Below, piece after piece: positions 50,858 to 64,000 of a stretch of DNA of 64,000 nucleotides. A model generated the notes under the pieces. It was not told where the DNA came from. It did not search any database and was given only the letters and a program-made list of their open reading frames with translations. Position 1 is the stretch's first letter. Each line of letters opens with the position of its first letter. The stretch is from Yuukianura sp. NJ FZ-2021 (lineage: Eukaryota). The DNA lies in contig CM102283.1 of NCBI GenBank assembly GCA_046563655.1, positions 3,038,001-3,102,000 of the forward strand, written 5' to 3'. Made by a program: the position numbers and the translations under genes.

Positions 50858-53800
50858 TGATGCTGTGAGGACTTTGCAGGTCAGAAGGGAGAGGGAAAGT
50901 TTAATTGAAACAAATTCAATCGATTCTTTTAATTAAATCAGGAGGAAAGTCTAAAAAAAGTTTTGTTCAAAAAATAATAGGATTAGGAAAAAAGCCTCCA
51001 AAAAAGTTGGAGAAAATTAAAGATTCAGGACAGGTCAAAAAAAAGGTCGCTCAGGAGGAGGCGGTGCACGACTCTAACAGGTTAGTAAACCTGAATCTAA
51101 TTTAAAATAGGTCTGAAATTATCTTGAGATATTTTTATCGAGATATAGCGCGATACAACACCGACTTTAGAGATAATCGCAAACAGATAAACGGACGGAC
51201 AGACAGACAGAATAATCTTACAAAGTATTTTATTATGTAAGTTTTTTTTAAATTTGCTTTTTTTTAGAAATTTTTCTTCTACTCTGGAATGTGAATGGCC
51301 TTTAATCTAATCTGTTCTCCATGGAAGTAGGAAAATTTTCAAAATTTTCGACACTTTTGGTCGAACTTGGATTTTGGCGGGGGTTGTAGTGTTAAATTAA
51401 GTTTGAATGATGATAAATAGTAAGAAATGTTAGGTTTAGGAGTGTTAGTAGGTGGGTGTATGTCAGAGGGAAGGATTTCATTGGAATCTAATTCACTTTC
51501 ACCATCTCCTTTCATCTTCTCATCCAATTCCCGCCTGCGACACAACCGAACAAAATTGGAAAAAGAATTTAATCCCGCTTCTCCCTATTTTTACGCATCA
51601 TTTCAACAAGAAAAAAAATTTCCAAAGTTTTTCCAATCCTCCCTCCCACGACTAATTACAAGTCAATTACTTGTGGATGAACAAACATGTTCCAAAGGCT
51701 TAGTAAACAACGTCAAACAAGGATCAGCTTCTAAAAAAGTGAACAAAACTTTTTAAATTTAGTGATCGAAAAAGAAAATTTTGAATTTCCCGCTGGCGAA
51801 TGTCGAATTTTGAATTTCCCGGGCGGAATTGCGGAAATTTGATTTTTAGAGTTTTGTGCATCGCTACTTTCGATGGAAATTTTTATAAGATTTTTTCTGC
51901 TCTTGATTCCTAACTGACGTTTTACCGGTTGCTCAATTGCAACCGTTTTTTCTTTGAAAAACACGCGCCAAACTCTTTTTTTTTGAAAAAACCGCACCAA
52001 AAGTCTCAAATGTCCAATTTTAGATGATAAAGTTGTGTCTAGCTGTCGGAGTTTCTGATCCTCCATAAGCCTCTTTCTCCTCATGTTCTCGGCTCCAAAA
52101 AGAAAAGTCTTTTTATTGTCGCGCTCGAATTCAAAGCTTCCACGACTTTCCGGTTGTTTGACCTTTGACCCTTTCCAAATTTAAAAAAAAATCACCATCA
52201 AAAACGGGAAAATAGAAAGAAATTAACACTGGAATATCTCAAAATTGTCCCTTTCCGATTAAACTGTTTCCTTTTGTAAAATTCAGATACAAAAATTTTT
52301 TTCTACCAATTTTTTTTTCGAAGTTGCTATAAATTGTAAAATTATGAAAATTTGACGTCTTTGACGCTTTCGACGTCTGCTCTGAGTGACGGTAACTCTA
52401 ATCCAATCTGACGGCGTTGGCGTCTGACGCTTGACGACTTTTGCCAACTTTTATCTTTCCAGTCGATTGCCAAAAAAGTAAAAAAAAATCGTGCTTCTGT
52501 TTGTCTTTCTTTAGTTTTGGATTTTATCTTATCCGTGTCTCGGAAGTGAGAAAACTGGTTGAAATTCAAAAAAAAAGTCGATGACGATCGACGATGATGT
52601 CGCAGTAGAAAAAAAGACAAATGTTTAACAAGAAATACGACAAAAATAAAACTGAGAGTGTTTCTGAAAATGCGAGCTGAATTCAAAGTAGATGATTTTA
52701 GTAATGATGTCGTAGGAAAGAGAAAGTTAGATTTTACTATTTACATTTTTATTTCTTTTTGAAAAGTGCAGTTTTTAACTCAACCGGAACTTTTACTTCA
52801 CGTCACTCCGAAATTCCATTTCATCGTTCTCAGCCTTGTTCAAAATTTGTTTTCAAATAATCGATTCCACTCAACACTTTTTCAGTCATTTTTATCAAAA
52901 TTTGTATAATTCATTCAAAAAGTGTTCAATGATTCTTCAGAAGTTTAAAAAAAAGTCAGCTAAATTTTTTTTGAATCAATTAAATGGAATACTTGACTTT
53001 CCACTTGAACTACTCAAACACTTGAAAGTGAAATTCGAAATTTTGAAAAAAAAAAATGAAAATCCCATTTGAGGCTTAAAATTTGGCTCAAATGTTTTTC
53101 CAAAATTTAAAAATGAAACCAAATCGACTTAACTTTGCTTTCTTTCATATTTTTTTTTAAAATGGACAATAATCGTGTTAATTGTAAAAACTAAGACTTA
53201 AAATTAAGCTTTATGTTTTTATTAGTGCTTACTGTAGTAGTCAAATAGGCCAACCTGAATTAAGTGGTTCATTACCATTCTAAAAATAAAATCCAATTCT
53301 AAAATGTTCTCTCTCACTCAAAAGCATTAAAGTTCTCACTGTATTAGCTTCTACAGAGCGGTTTTTAGACACCTTTAAGCCAAAAGTGCATGTAACAAAA
53401 AAAATGTTACATACAAACAAGTTAAAAAATGTTGGAAAAAGGAACACTTGTGATTAGTTTTGAATTATGGAATTATTATGGGTTGTTCACTGGATGGAAT
53501 TTCCCAAAGTAAGTGGAATTTTGGCGCTAAAATTTTTGAAAAAGTGGTCTGTATTTGAGGCTTTGGTCGTGGCATGGGAGTGAAAATCCGTTGGCTTGAT
53601 CCCTACTTTGAAAGTTTTATGAGCCGTTCCTGTTGCGCTTTTCTTGTGTGGGTTTGGGGCAGTTTGAGAGAAAGTGGTTTGGTGAAAGTGGCTCGCTTGA
53701 TCCTGGTCCTCGTGGCTAGAAAGTGGAGAAGTAAATCAATTGAACAGCACAAACACTAAACCTAACCACAAAAAATGAAAGTCCACTTGGTGGGGCAGTG

Positions 53801-56800
53801 ATGGTGGGGCAGGAGAAAGAAGTTAAATGGAAACCTCAACGAGGGGACACTTTCACTGCCCCTGGACCTTCCATTCCTAAAGAATCATCAGATCAAGAAC
53901 CATACAACTCAAGAGCTCCAATAACACTGCACACTCACACTATTACTAGCATTAGACACCACAGCACAACAAAAAGTCAACACCAAATAGCTCAACATGT
54001 ACAATTTAACTGCAAAGATTACTCAATTATTGTTCAGCAGACTCTACAAAAATCTCAACAGTGAAATAGGTCAACAACAACTTTTGAGCAAATTCTCGGA
54101 AAAAGGAACAAAAAACTTACAGAAACCGTGACAAAAATGTCGACAGCAACTTGTTCAACTAAAATAAACAAAATAAACATGGCCCAGATCGTTCATAAAA
54201 TTTGAGCAAAATGTCATCAGTTGTTGAAACAGGAAAATTTTCTGAACATATTTCTTGTTTTGACTTTTTTAACTTTGCTTTTTTTTAAATAATTATTTTT
54301 GTTGACTCGAAATCTGTTGACTATTTTGTGGCAATTTGGCACACTTGGCTTTCGCTGAAGTTCTATAACTAGACACTACATTTTTGGGTTGATTTAAATT
54401 GTGTGGGCCAGATTGTCGTTGATCAAATGTACTGTAATGTTTGCTAACCTTGTTCTGATTCCTGGAAAGTGTATAAAGTATGTGGGTTGTTGAGAAGACA
54501 GTGGAGGAAGTAACTAGAGAAATTGAGATGGAAGAGAGATGTGCCGTGGAAGTCGGCTTGAAATGACATCCAAACATTCCCGCCTTTTTTATTTCCTCCC
54601 CAATCTCCCGCCATTCTTTTTTTATGTGACAACATCAAATGCTCCAAGACGGACGATGTCCTTGTGAAGCAAAGTAGCTCAAATGGAATAAGTAAAGAAT
54701 TACTTAGTCCACGCCTCCCAAAACTCAAAACACTTCCATCAAAATTCCCGCTCTTTTAATTTCAAAAAAATGCAATGTAGCAACAAGTTTTTACGACAAA
54801 GTACGAAAAAACTTAATCTCGGGCATAGGGCTGAAGTTTCGTTGATTTACATTAGGATCCGTTAGATTTTTTGTTTCATTAGGTTGTACTAGATTAGGTT
54901 TGAAAAAGTTATGTTATGTTATTTCAAAAGTTAGGTTCATGCTAGGTTTTATGAGTTAGAAACACAGATTCTGGAAGAAGTCCAAAAGAAAATGGAGTAA
55001 CCACTTGTTGCATTCTATACAAAGAGAAAGCGTGGAATGCTTTCTCCGAATCCACAACTAATTCACAATCCACATTTCAGGATATTGCATGCCTCTGACC
55101 TTTGACACGAAACAAGGAACAAAGACAATCCACAACACAAAACAACGCGGGAACGAAAGGGATTGTTCAAATTTTTAAATTTTAGCACTCAAAAACACGC
55201 ACAGGAATAAAAATTCATGAAATTCATGGAATATTTCAATTTATCCACCTCAAAATACCATTTAGCTCAAATATTTCAAGTAAAAATTTACAAAATTTTG
55301 AATTTGGAGTGCTATTTTATATTAGTTTTTGATTCTTAGCGGGTTTACGCAGGAAGAAAATCGTTGAACAGCAGATGAACTCTGTTCCCTCGAGGTCGTG
55401 TTGCTAATGACCTTTGTCGTTAGCTTTTGCTCAATTTAGTTACTCCCGCCACCAGAATTTTTTTTGTTGGTTGAAGTGAACCAGAACACCAATTATTTGT
55501 ACTCGTGGGACAGCAAATGGAGTAGAATCTGGACAGAGACTGAGCGGATACAACTGGTTGGAGTCTGGTTTACTTCAACCTAGCTTTTTTCTTTGGTTTG
55601 AACAAATTGGTTGGGATTGGAGCAGTTAATGAATCTTTTCTGTTTCACTCAGGTATTTCAACGGCACTCCGACACATTACAAAAAGTGTGTCACACTAAA
55701 GCTTCAATTAGGCACGACGGCAGCGGTGTGATTTTGGCCAAAGTAAAATTCAGTGAGAAAAAAACGAGAAAAATGCAGTGGTGAAAGCCTTTCTGGCGGC
55801 GGTGGGAGAAAGTTTCAATTTTTTAAAAGTTGGCCACCGAGCAAATTTTTTTTTTTGGCAAAAGTCCAATTTTTTAATTTAAAAATTCATTCTTTCAGTT
55901 CCGCCCACTCGCAAGAGACGGCAAAGGCGGGACATTTTTAGAAAAAAAAAATTTTATTAATTTTTTCGTTTTTTTTGGACATAAATTTTTTGTGTAAAGC
56001 CAAATTCAAAACAAAAATTGATTCCAAATTTATCCGCCCACTCTTTCTTTTGTATAAGATGAAGGAGAAAGTTTCAATTTACATCAAAATTAATCTCGGA
56101 GCTTTATTTTAGAAAATCAATTTTCAAAATTAAAATGAAATTCATCAAAACCAGGAAAACGACAGAAGAACTTCTTCTTTTTTTGTGGAGTTTGTTCAAA
56201 ATTTAAATTGCATTTTTTTTTGAAAAACAAGACCTACCGCTGGGAACAATGAGGACTGATTTTGATGTTATTTCAATCAGAATTTCATTCTGAAATTTCT
56301 CTCTACTCACTCACCTGTCCGCCGCGTTTTTTTGATTGATGAATTTTCAAAATTCGGGGAACAAAAAAATCAGCATTGTTTTTTTCATTTTCCCAAAATC
56401 AAAAATGCAATTACTTTTCTTCTTAAGAATTTCATTTACTTTTCCTCTGCATTTTGGAGTCTTCATAAAACTAAATAAAATGTGTGTTTTCTCCGTGGGA
56501 TTCTCATTCTTTTGCCAAAAAATTTTGAAGTTCAAAAATTTATTAAAATTTTTCGAACCAAATTTCAAAATCTCAACACGGTTTTGTTTAAACCTGTCAA
56601 AAGTGAAAAGCTCGGCAGATATTATACTACATGATCTCGATGGTGTCAAAAACACAATAAAGATTTCAGTTTTTTACTTTTCTTAAACAACCAGAAGTCT
56701 TCGTCTTAGACTTTCCAGAAGATAAAAATAGACTAAAATTTTTAAAAACATCAAAGCGCGAAAGGGATTTCAGTAGCCATATTTTTTCAAAACTTCAAAC

Positions 56801-59074
56801 TAACTCCCGCCTTTTCCGCCCAACTTTCTCTTTCTACTTTTCCTTTCAACAGAGAGTCTTCTGTCTTTAACTGTGTGGTTGTTCTTAGGTTAGGTTCATA
56901 AAAACTATGCTACTCTTCATCTTCCAGGAACTTTCCAAGTTCCATTATCCTCCGTTTTCATTTCCCAGGATTTTCTACTCTCATTCATTCCATAACACCC
57001 AAAAATTCACGGCGCGAAACGACGCGACGTGAAAAACTGTTTCAAAACCATAACCGCTACAACCAACTTTTCTTCTGGCTGAAGCAAGTTCATACCGAAA
57101 AGTGTCTTTAGCCCAAAGAGAAAGCAGGCTTTCTCCACGTTTCAAAATAATTCAAAAAAGCTCGAGTTTTGTGCTGCTCATGCACGAAAAACCCAAAGTC
57201 GACTCCGACTTTCTCTTCAGCACACTCAGTTCACCAAGAGACTTTCACTGAGCCGGAAGTGAAAGCACGAGTTTTTCAAAATTTTGAAAATACAAAGTTC
57301 CAAAAAACTTCAAAAAAAGAGTGAGAATACAACAATTTCAAAAGTGACAAAATTCAAACGTTGTTGACTTAAACTTGTTTGAGTTTGAACAAACTTTGAA
57401 AAAAAAAAGTTGCAAAAGCACCTTAGTGACTTTTTACGTCAAAACTTTCACTTTTGAAAAAAAAGAAGCTTCAAATGAGCTTTTCTCTTTTCCTGAAGCC
57501 GCTACTGTTATAGCTCTTGAACTGAAGAGTTGCTAAATTGCCTTTGTTAATTCCACAAAGGAAGAAAAAAGCGGGAGAAACATTTCTCTTTTTTCAAATT
57601 CAAAGTTTTCCCGCGAGACGAGGATCTTGTGAAACCGGCTAAATCGTGTTTGTTGTGAGTTTAAATTGGAGGTAAGAAAAACGAAAACGTTTTATTTTTT
57701 CTCAAAATCTTTTTTTGAAAATGGTTTCTTGTTACAGTAATTTGATATGGCGGCGTTTTTTGAAAATGAAACGACCTTCGCGGTTTATTTTGTAACCGGT
57801 TATGATGAAACTAACAAACAAAAAATGGAGAAGTAAAGCGATACTCGTTAAAGTGTTGTTCAGTTTTTCATGAAACGAAAGAAAGATTTGTTTTATTTAC
57901 ATAATTTGAGGAATGGATTTAAATTTTCTCTGCTGATTTTAAATTGGAAATTTTACCGCGCACACCGTTTCTGCTTTTCGGCAAAAGAAGAAAAGTTTTG
58001 AATTTAATTTACAAGAAATTAGGAACGGCGGGAGTAACTATTTTTTGAAAAAGAAACTTGTTGCTTTTCATGAATTTTCTAATTTAAAAACTGTTTGCTT
58101 TAGAAGATAGAACTTCCCGCGTTGATTTGAAAGTGTCAAAGCCCACGTTTTCTTTCCAGTTCCAGTGTTTCGAATTTGAAAAAGCGTGCGTTGTATAGAA
58201 AATGGGTGATTTTGGTTTTCAAAATGTTGGAATTGTAAACTGACTGTTTGAACATGATGAAAACCGCAGTAAAGTCGACTTCGGTTTGGTACATATTACT
58301 TTCCAAAGTTTAAATTAGTTTTATAATCTTGTCCTGGGTAGTAGTTACACACAACTTTTACAAAAAAAAGAGAGCGCCAAACCTTCATTTTCGTTTTTCC
58401 TTTTTTCTTCGACTTCTTTTTCATTGCTTTCCTAAGAAAGTCGAACAGAAAAGCAAAAAACGAAAAACTAGCAAATTACTTGCTGTTTTTTTTTGAACCA
58501 CAAAAGTTTACTTTTTCAAGAGCAGTCAAAAGAACATTTTTAAGAACTTCTCGTGTTTGAACACTTTTGAATTTCCATTTGCTTGACTTTGAACAAATTT
58601 ATTCTAAATTTTGAATTGAAAATGTCATAATTTCAGTTTATTCCGATTTTACAAATTAGGATATACAACAATTACCATCGTTAGAAAACTAAATGACAAA
58701 TTGGAATGTTGGGCCTTTGATTTTTCAAACTTTGAATTTTTTGAAATGCTTACCATGTTTAGAAAATTTTGTGGCTATTATTCAAGTATTTCAAGTTATC
58801 AACAAAGAAAATCAACCAAGTTTAAAATTTTATGAGTTTCTTTTGACGTAAAAGTTTATGAATTCATCATTTGTGTTGAGTTTCAAAACTTTGAATTGTG
58901 TACTTTTTCCATTTTCAGACTAAAAAAACTTAAGAAGAAGCAACAAAAAAAGAATTATTGGAGGCTCTGGGAATCGAACCCACGGCCGTGCTCAGTGCTC
59001 AAAACCATTTTTGGCGCTGCACCAGCCTGAAAGCCGGAACCACGAGGGTTAAAATTTCCAAAGCCCGTCCACAG

Positions 59075-59653
59075 ATGGTGTTGGAGGACACCATGCTGGA
59101 GGACATCATGAGCGACTTCTACTTCTCAGACTCCTCCTCCACAGCATCCTCCGTTATCAACGGAGGAACCAGCAGTGCTCTCAGCATCAGCAGTACTGGC
59201 AGCCACCTCGAAGGGGACTACTTAAGTACCCTCAGCAGTCCCCCCACCTCCTCGCCCCTCCCCTCCTCCTCCTCCTCCCCTCTTCCCTCCACCACCCTCC
59301 AAGTTATTTCAAGTTGCCACAAGGTCACAGACAAGTCCTCCAAGGGAGTAAGCCCTTCGTCCAACTCCAAAAGAAGCCGAACTTCAAGGGCCCCCAAGAA
59401 GAAAGAGGGGGTGAAGGGCCCCCCAGCCGACCCCTCGGGAGGAGGGGAGGAGCAAGTGAGCACTATTGACTCCAGTGCCCTGGGGCTATCTGAGACGGGG
59501 GACCCTGACGGTGGGGGTGGGGAGGAGGTGAAGCGGAAGAATCCAGTGGGGAGAAGAAAGTTGATTCTAAGTGCCCGCGAGAAGACAGTCAGAAGACTTG
59601 AAAGTAACGAGAGAGAACGCCTTCGCATGCATTCCCTTAATCAGGCCTTTCAG
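59075..59653 (+). CDS. dimm: dimmed/Mist1-type bHLH transcription factor, first coding exon (gene continues past a long intron)
   Basis: Ser/Pro-rich N-terminus then RRKLILSAREKTVRRLESNERERLRMHSLNQAFQ|gt, the RRLESNERER.RMHSLN signature of dimm/Mist1. I did not find the remaining helix-loop-helix exon in the window. Confidence 0.85.
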
Positions 59654-59881
59654 GTAAACACTTTTAATATAACCTAACCTAACTTTCTTCAGAACTCTAA
59701 CTTTAAAGGACACCTAGAGTAATTAAGAACAAACCACATTACTTTACTTAACAAATTACTTTCACCATCCCAATGCACACAAAACTTTTACGCAACCAGT
59801 CTAAAACCGAACCTTAGTTAACTTAACTCTCCGCTTTGCCACGATTTTAATTGCTTTAGCATCTAAACAAAGAGGTTGCTG

Positions 59882-60090
59882 CAAAAACGTTTTCAAAATG
59901 ACTCGCGAGTCGCGGCAAAGAAAAAACGTTTCCTAAACGGCTCGCGACAACGAAAAAAACGTTTTGGAAACGACTCGCACAAAAAAAAACGTTTTCGAAA
60001 CGGGTTGTGACACAAAAAAAAAAACGTTTTCTCATCCACTCGCGCCAAGCAAAGTTTTCTAAAAAATAAATATTCAAAACGACTCGTCAC
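59882..60090. repeat. Degenerate tandem repeat of about 31 bp (AAAAAACGTTTT..AAACGACTCGCG)
   Basis: About 6 degenerate copies in the dimm intron. Confidence 0.7.
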
Positions 60091-63073
60091 GATTGCTGAA
60101 CGATTCTTGCCAAAAAAATTATAATAAGCTGCTCGTGTCAAAAAAAAAAACGCTTCGCGCCAAAAGAGCGAAGCAGATTTCAAGTTAAATAGAGATCGAT
60201 TAAATGAGAATGATCAAAAGCGGATTAATTGTGCCACAAAGTTGAAAAATTTGAGCTAGAGCTAACAGGAATAACGCTTGTTCTAAACACGAATTGACAG
60301 TGAGGCTGCTTTTCAAAACGCTTTTTAGTTGCTGTATAACTAAATTTTAGTAAATTTGAAGAGACGTTGGGTGGAAGACAAAGTTAAAATCAAAGCTTCT
60401 TTGGCCATTTCCATTCCCTTTGAAATCATGCCTCATTTTCCTTTCCTCGCCTCGAGACACTTTCAAAATGAGCAAGGTCAAAAATATGGTCGGAGAGAAA
60501 GAAAGTCCACGAGTTCTAAAGTTTTCCAAAATTTGAAAGAAAAGTTAAAAATTTGACCTTTTGAACTCAAAAGAAGAAAGTGTTACAATCACAGTCCAAA
60601 TTTGGAAATGAAGAGACTTTTTAGTTTTATTATTTTCAACTTTTACTTTTCTAATCCTGTGTCTTTCATAGGAAAATTATCCACATTTGAAACTTTACTT
60701 TGACAGAAGTGTTCAAAGAAAAAACCTTTTCATTTCAAAAACTTGGAAAAATTTGGATTTTTTTTTCTCAAAAATACTTCGGATTCAATTTTCTACAAAG
60801 AAAAAAGAAAAACGGTTAGAGTGAAATTGATTGACTTTCAAGAATTCTCAAACAAAAAATTTCGCTACTAATCCGGAAACTCGTGCACGCGTTTTCCAAA
60901 TTTGAAAAAAAACAAACGAAATTTCCGAGAAATAATGAAAAATCATTGAAAAAAATTACTTTCCTTAAAACCTCTCCTTTTTCTTTAGCCTCCTAATTGT
61001 TGTACTGAAATTTCCGAATTTTGATGGAAGTAACTATATGCAGAAATTGCTAAAAGTTTTAGAAAAAATCAAAGATAGACACAATTGGAGAAACTTTTTG
61101 CATGAAAACCTTCACTTTATGTCAGTTTTTTGCATAGTTCATTTTAGGAGAGTGTGAAAGTGAAGCCCATAAGACGTGGGTGAGTGTGGGTGTTGATTGA
61201 TTTTAATTAGACTAAAAGTTACTCAAGTTCTTTACTTAAGATTAGTTTTGTTAGGGTGATTAGAGATTGAGTTGCGTTAGGGTTCTCTAGGGTCATGTCA
61301 CAGTTTGAGTATTTGAGTAGTAGGTACTTTGGGGAATGATTGAAACATGTTTATGACCCACCCAATCACTCATCCTCTCTCCCTTTAATTTAGGCCATAG
61401 TTACTCCCGCCATTTCAAACACTATTCCCAACATTCAAGCAAATGCTCAAGGTAAAGCACACAAAATGGATATGGTTCCACGGAGACTCCAATACCTAGC
61501 CTAACAGATACAAAAAGAACAGAGTCCCTCAATCTCATTTGAGGATTTCCTCAGCCTTCACTTCTCGTCATCACTCTTCAAGAAAATGAAAGTAAAAGCT
61601 AAGATCTATCCAAAAACAAAAAAGAACTTGTTAAAAAGCGAATCCACATTTTGACAATTTTTTTAAAAACATTCCTAACATGATTCATTACTTAATTTTT
61701 TTTTTGTCTAATTTTAGTTTTTATACAAAATAAAAGTTTCTATTTTTTTTTGAGAATTGCGGTATGCCTTTCCTTTAAAAAAAAAAGTGAGTGCTTCAAA
61801 GTGCGATAAAAATTATGAGAATTTTGTTCCGTTGTAAATCGAACTCTGAAGATTGAAAATTGTTGAAAATGGATCAATTTCGACATTTTGTGCCCAGGAG
61901 GCCATGAGTCGTTGGAAATTTGAAATTTTGGCGGTAGAGGACTTGAGGATTGGCTGGTTCAGGTTGCTCCTCATCATGGTCGACTGAACAAAACTGGTGG
62001 ATTTGAAATCTAATTCCTATTCCTCCTCCTCCGCTAGTCCGCTCAGCTACAAAGTTGGATTCGGAAATACTTTTAGGACACAAAAGAAACTCATAAATAC
62101 TTTACTCTCCTCCATCTGAAATCCAATGCAGTTGGAGAAAGCATAAAAAGAGAAAGCACCAAGGAAACATACACACAGTCCTCATAAAACCAAACCTCCA
62201 TGATTGACACTAACATAGTATCCTCGTACCTAAACCTTAACCTATTCCTTAGCCTAACAAACCTAATTCTAACGATAGCCTAACATACTTGTTATAACTT
62301 CCAATACTTGCTATACTTGCAAGCATTTGGCTCGTTAGTCGATCGGTTGTGTTGCAGAACCTGCAATTTTCACAGATTCGCCGAAAAGGTGGATAATTCC
62401 CTCTAATTTTCTCTTGGATTAAAACGGAACGTGATTTCTTTTGTTTAAATTTTCGAAACTAATGCTAACTCTTTCAAAAAAAACATTTTTTTTCCAATTT
62501 GTTTCTTTCAAGTTGAAATTGATTCTCAGAAAAGTTGGGGTTAGGCAAAGGTAAGCCCCATCACAAGTTAAATCTAAAATTTTACAAAAAGCTGTACAAT
62601 TTTGACATTTTCCTTCGTAATTTTATTAGATAAGTTCAGGATTTCTTACAATAAGAGAGTTAGATTGATTTTCTCAGAATTTTTTTGAGTTTTTTGAAAT
62701 TTTAGTGGAAATTGTACTTAGAACTAAAACTGAAAGAGAAAGTAAATCCCTATCCTCTTTTTTTCAAATGTTTCCGCTCTTTCCATTGTGTTTTATTCCA
62801 GCAAAAATTTCCTGAGTGCAGCTTCCACAAGTAGCGGATCGAAAAGAAGTTTTTCTTTTGTAAAGAGAACCTCTTGCTGTGCTTTTTATGAAAAGAACTC
62901 CACACACAAAATTTGAAAAAAGAAAGCGGAAAAAAAAGAAAGTTTAAATAACGAGCGATCAGAACAAATAGAAAATGAATTTGGCATAACACCAAAATCA
63001 TATTACAAAAAGACAGAATTTTGGGTAATTAATGCAGTTCAATAGTTCTATTCAAAGCTCATACAAAGGAAAT

Positions 63074-63122
63074 GTTAGGTTATGGTTAGGTTAATTAGGT
63101 TAACGTTAGGTTATGGTTAATT
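63074..63122. repeat. Degenerate interstitial (TTAGG)n-like tract
   Basis: gttaggttatggttaggttaattaggttaacgttaggttatggttaa. Similar short tracts occur near 54890, 59670 and 62230. Confidence 0.5.
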
Positions 63123-64000
63123 ATACATTACGTATGCAGTCTACACATAGTTGAAATGTCGTACTCAACACGAAACATTTTGTTAGACTTCTTTTTTGTT
63201 GAGATTGAAATTCCAATTAGGTTAGTTAGGCTAGTTAGTTTGGTTTTGTTTGAGTTTGGTTAAAATTGTGTCAAAAAGTTCCGTTTTCTATTAATTTAGT
63301 ACGAGGTTTGGTTCCCTTGAAACGGAAACTGTGAAAACAAAAGTGAAAGTTGACATGTAAGGAGAGACAAAAGAGAAAGTTTTCTGGCGTTAATTAAAAC
63401 CTAATAATAAACTGTTCTTTTAGTTGCCTTGGTTCACTTCAGTAAAAAAAACACTTTTCAAAATTTCAATTGACAAGAAAAAAAAAACACAACTTGTTGC
63501 TCATGCTGGGCAGCATGTGTTGAGAGGAAATTCAAAATTAATGAAGAAAAAAAAGTTGTTTTTGACTTCAGTTTTTCGGCAAACACGGAACAACTTTTTC
63601 GATATAAAAATGATAATTATGCACGCGCATAAGAATTTTTGGAAGTGTTTTTCGAAATTGCTGAGCTTCAAGGTCAAGTTGCTTGAGTTTGTCAATGTTT
63701 TGTAAATTATGGTGACGTCAAGGCTAGGTTACCATAGGAGATATGAAAGCCTATGTTGAGTAGCGTGACAGTGAAGGTCAAAGGTGACATGCGTCATAGG
63801 CCAATGATAGTTTGTCACTTCGTCTTTCAAAATCGTGTGTCATTTTGGCGCCTTTCGAGGTCGATTTGAAGTGAAAGTTGGTCAAGAGTGTCAAATGTTG
63901 ACAGCTCCTGCTCCAGCACAAAGTTTATTCAATTCATCATAAAAGTTTCGGTTTCATAACACAAGTTACACACACCGTTTTGGAAACATTGTTTTAAAAA

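Noticed and set aside
48421-56686. Short ORF-track ORFs upstream of dimm
   Set aside because: Low-complexity AT-rich translations with no coherent exon chain.
63074-63122. True telomere
   Set aside because: Short and degenerate, and located inside the dimm intron.

Overview
AT-rich, intron-containing animal genomic DNA, not prokaryotic. Short 55-90 nt GT-AG introns, degenerate TTAGG tracts, and quiver-, tartan-, ZAD- and dimmed-type genes point to an arthropod; a springtail-like hexapod is my guess and cannot be verified here. I reconstructed 17 spliced protein-coding genes by hand: Ly6/quiver-like, SANBR/KIAA1841, tartan/capricious LRR receptor, phospholipid scramblase, real-time (SEC14L1-like), a chorismate mutase, a chromodomain/AT-hook/ZAD-like protein, an orphan secreted protein, RPB10, three small two-TM paralogs, a clan-2 P450, a pancreatic-type lipase, PPM1K, calaxin/EFCAB1 and the first coding exon of dimmed. 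There are also MITE-like palindromes and minisatellites. The standout is a 103-aa, three-coding-exon gene at 26006-26463 (-), mostly missed by the ORF track. Its spliced product aligns without gaps to the bacterial AroQ chorismate mutase domain of PheA and keeps the catalytic residues. It is a likely domesticated horizontally transferred gene in an animal, a lineage that lacks the shikimate pathway. All family calls are from recognition and hand alignment; no database search was run.
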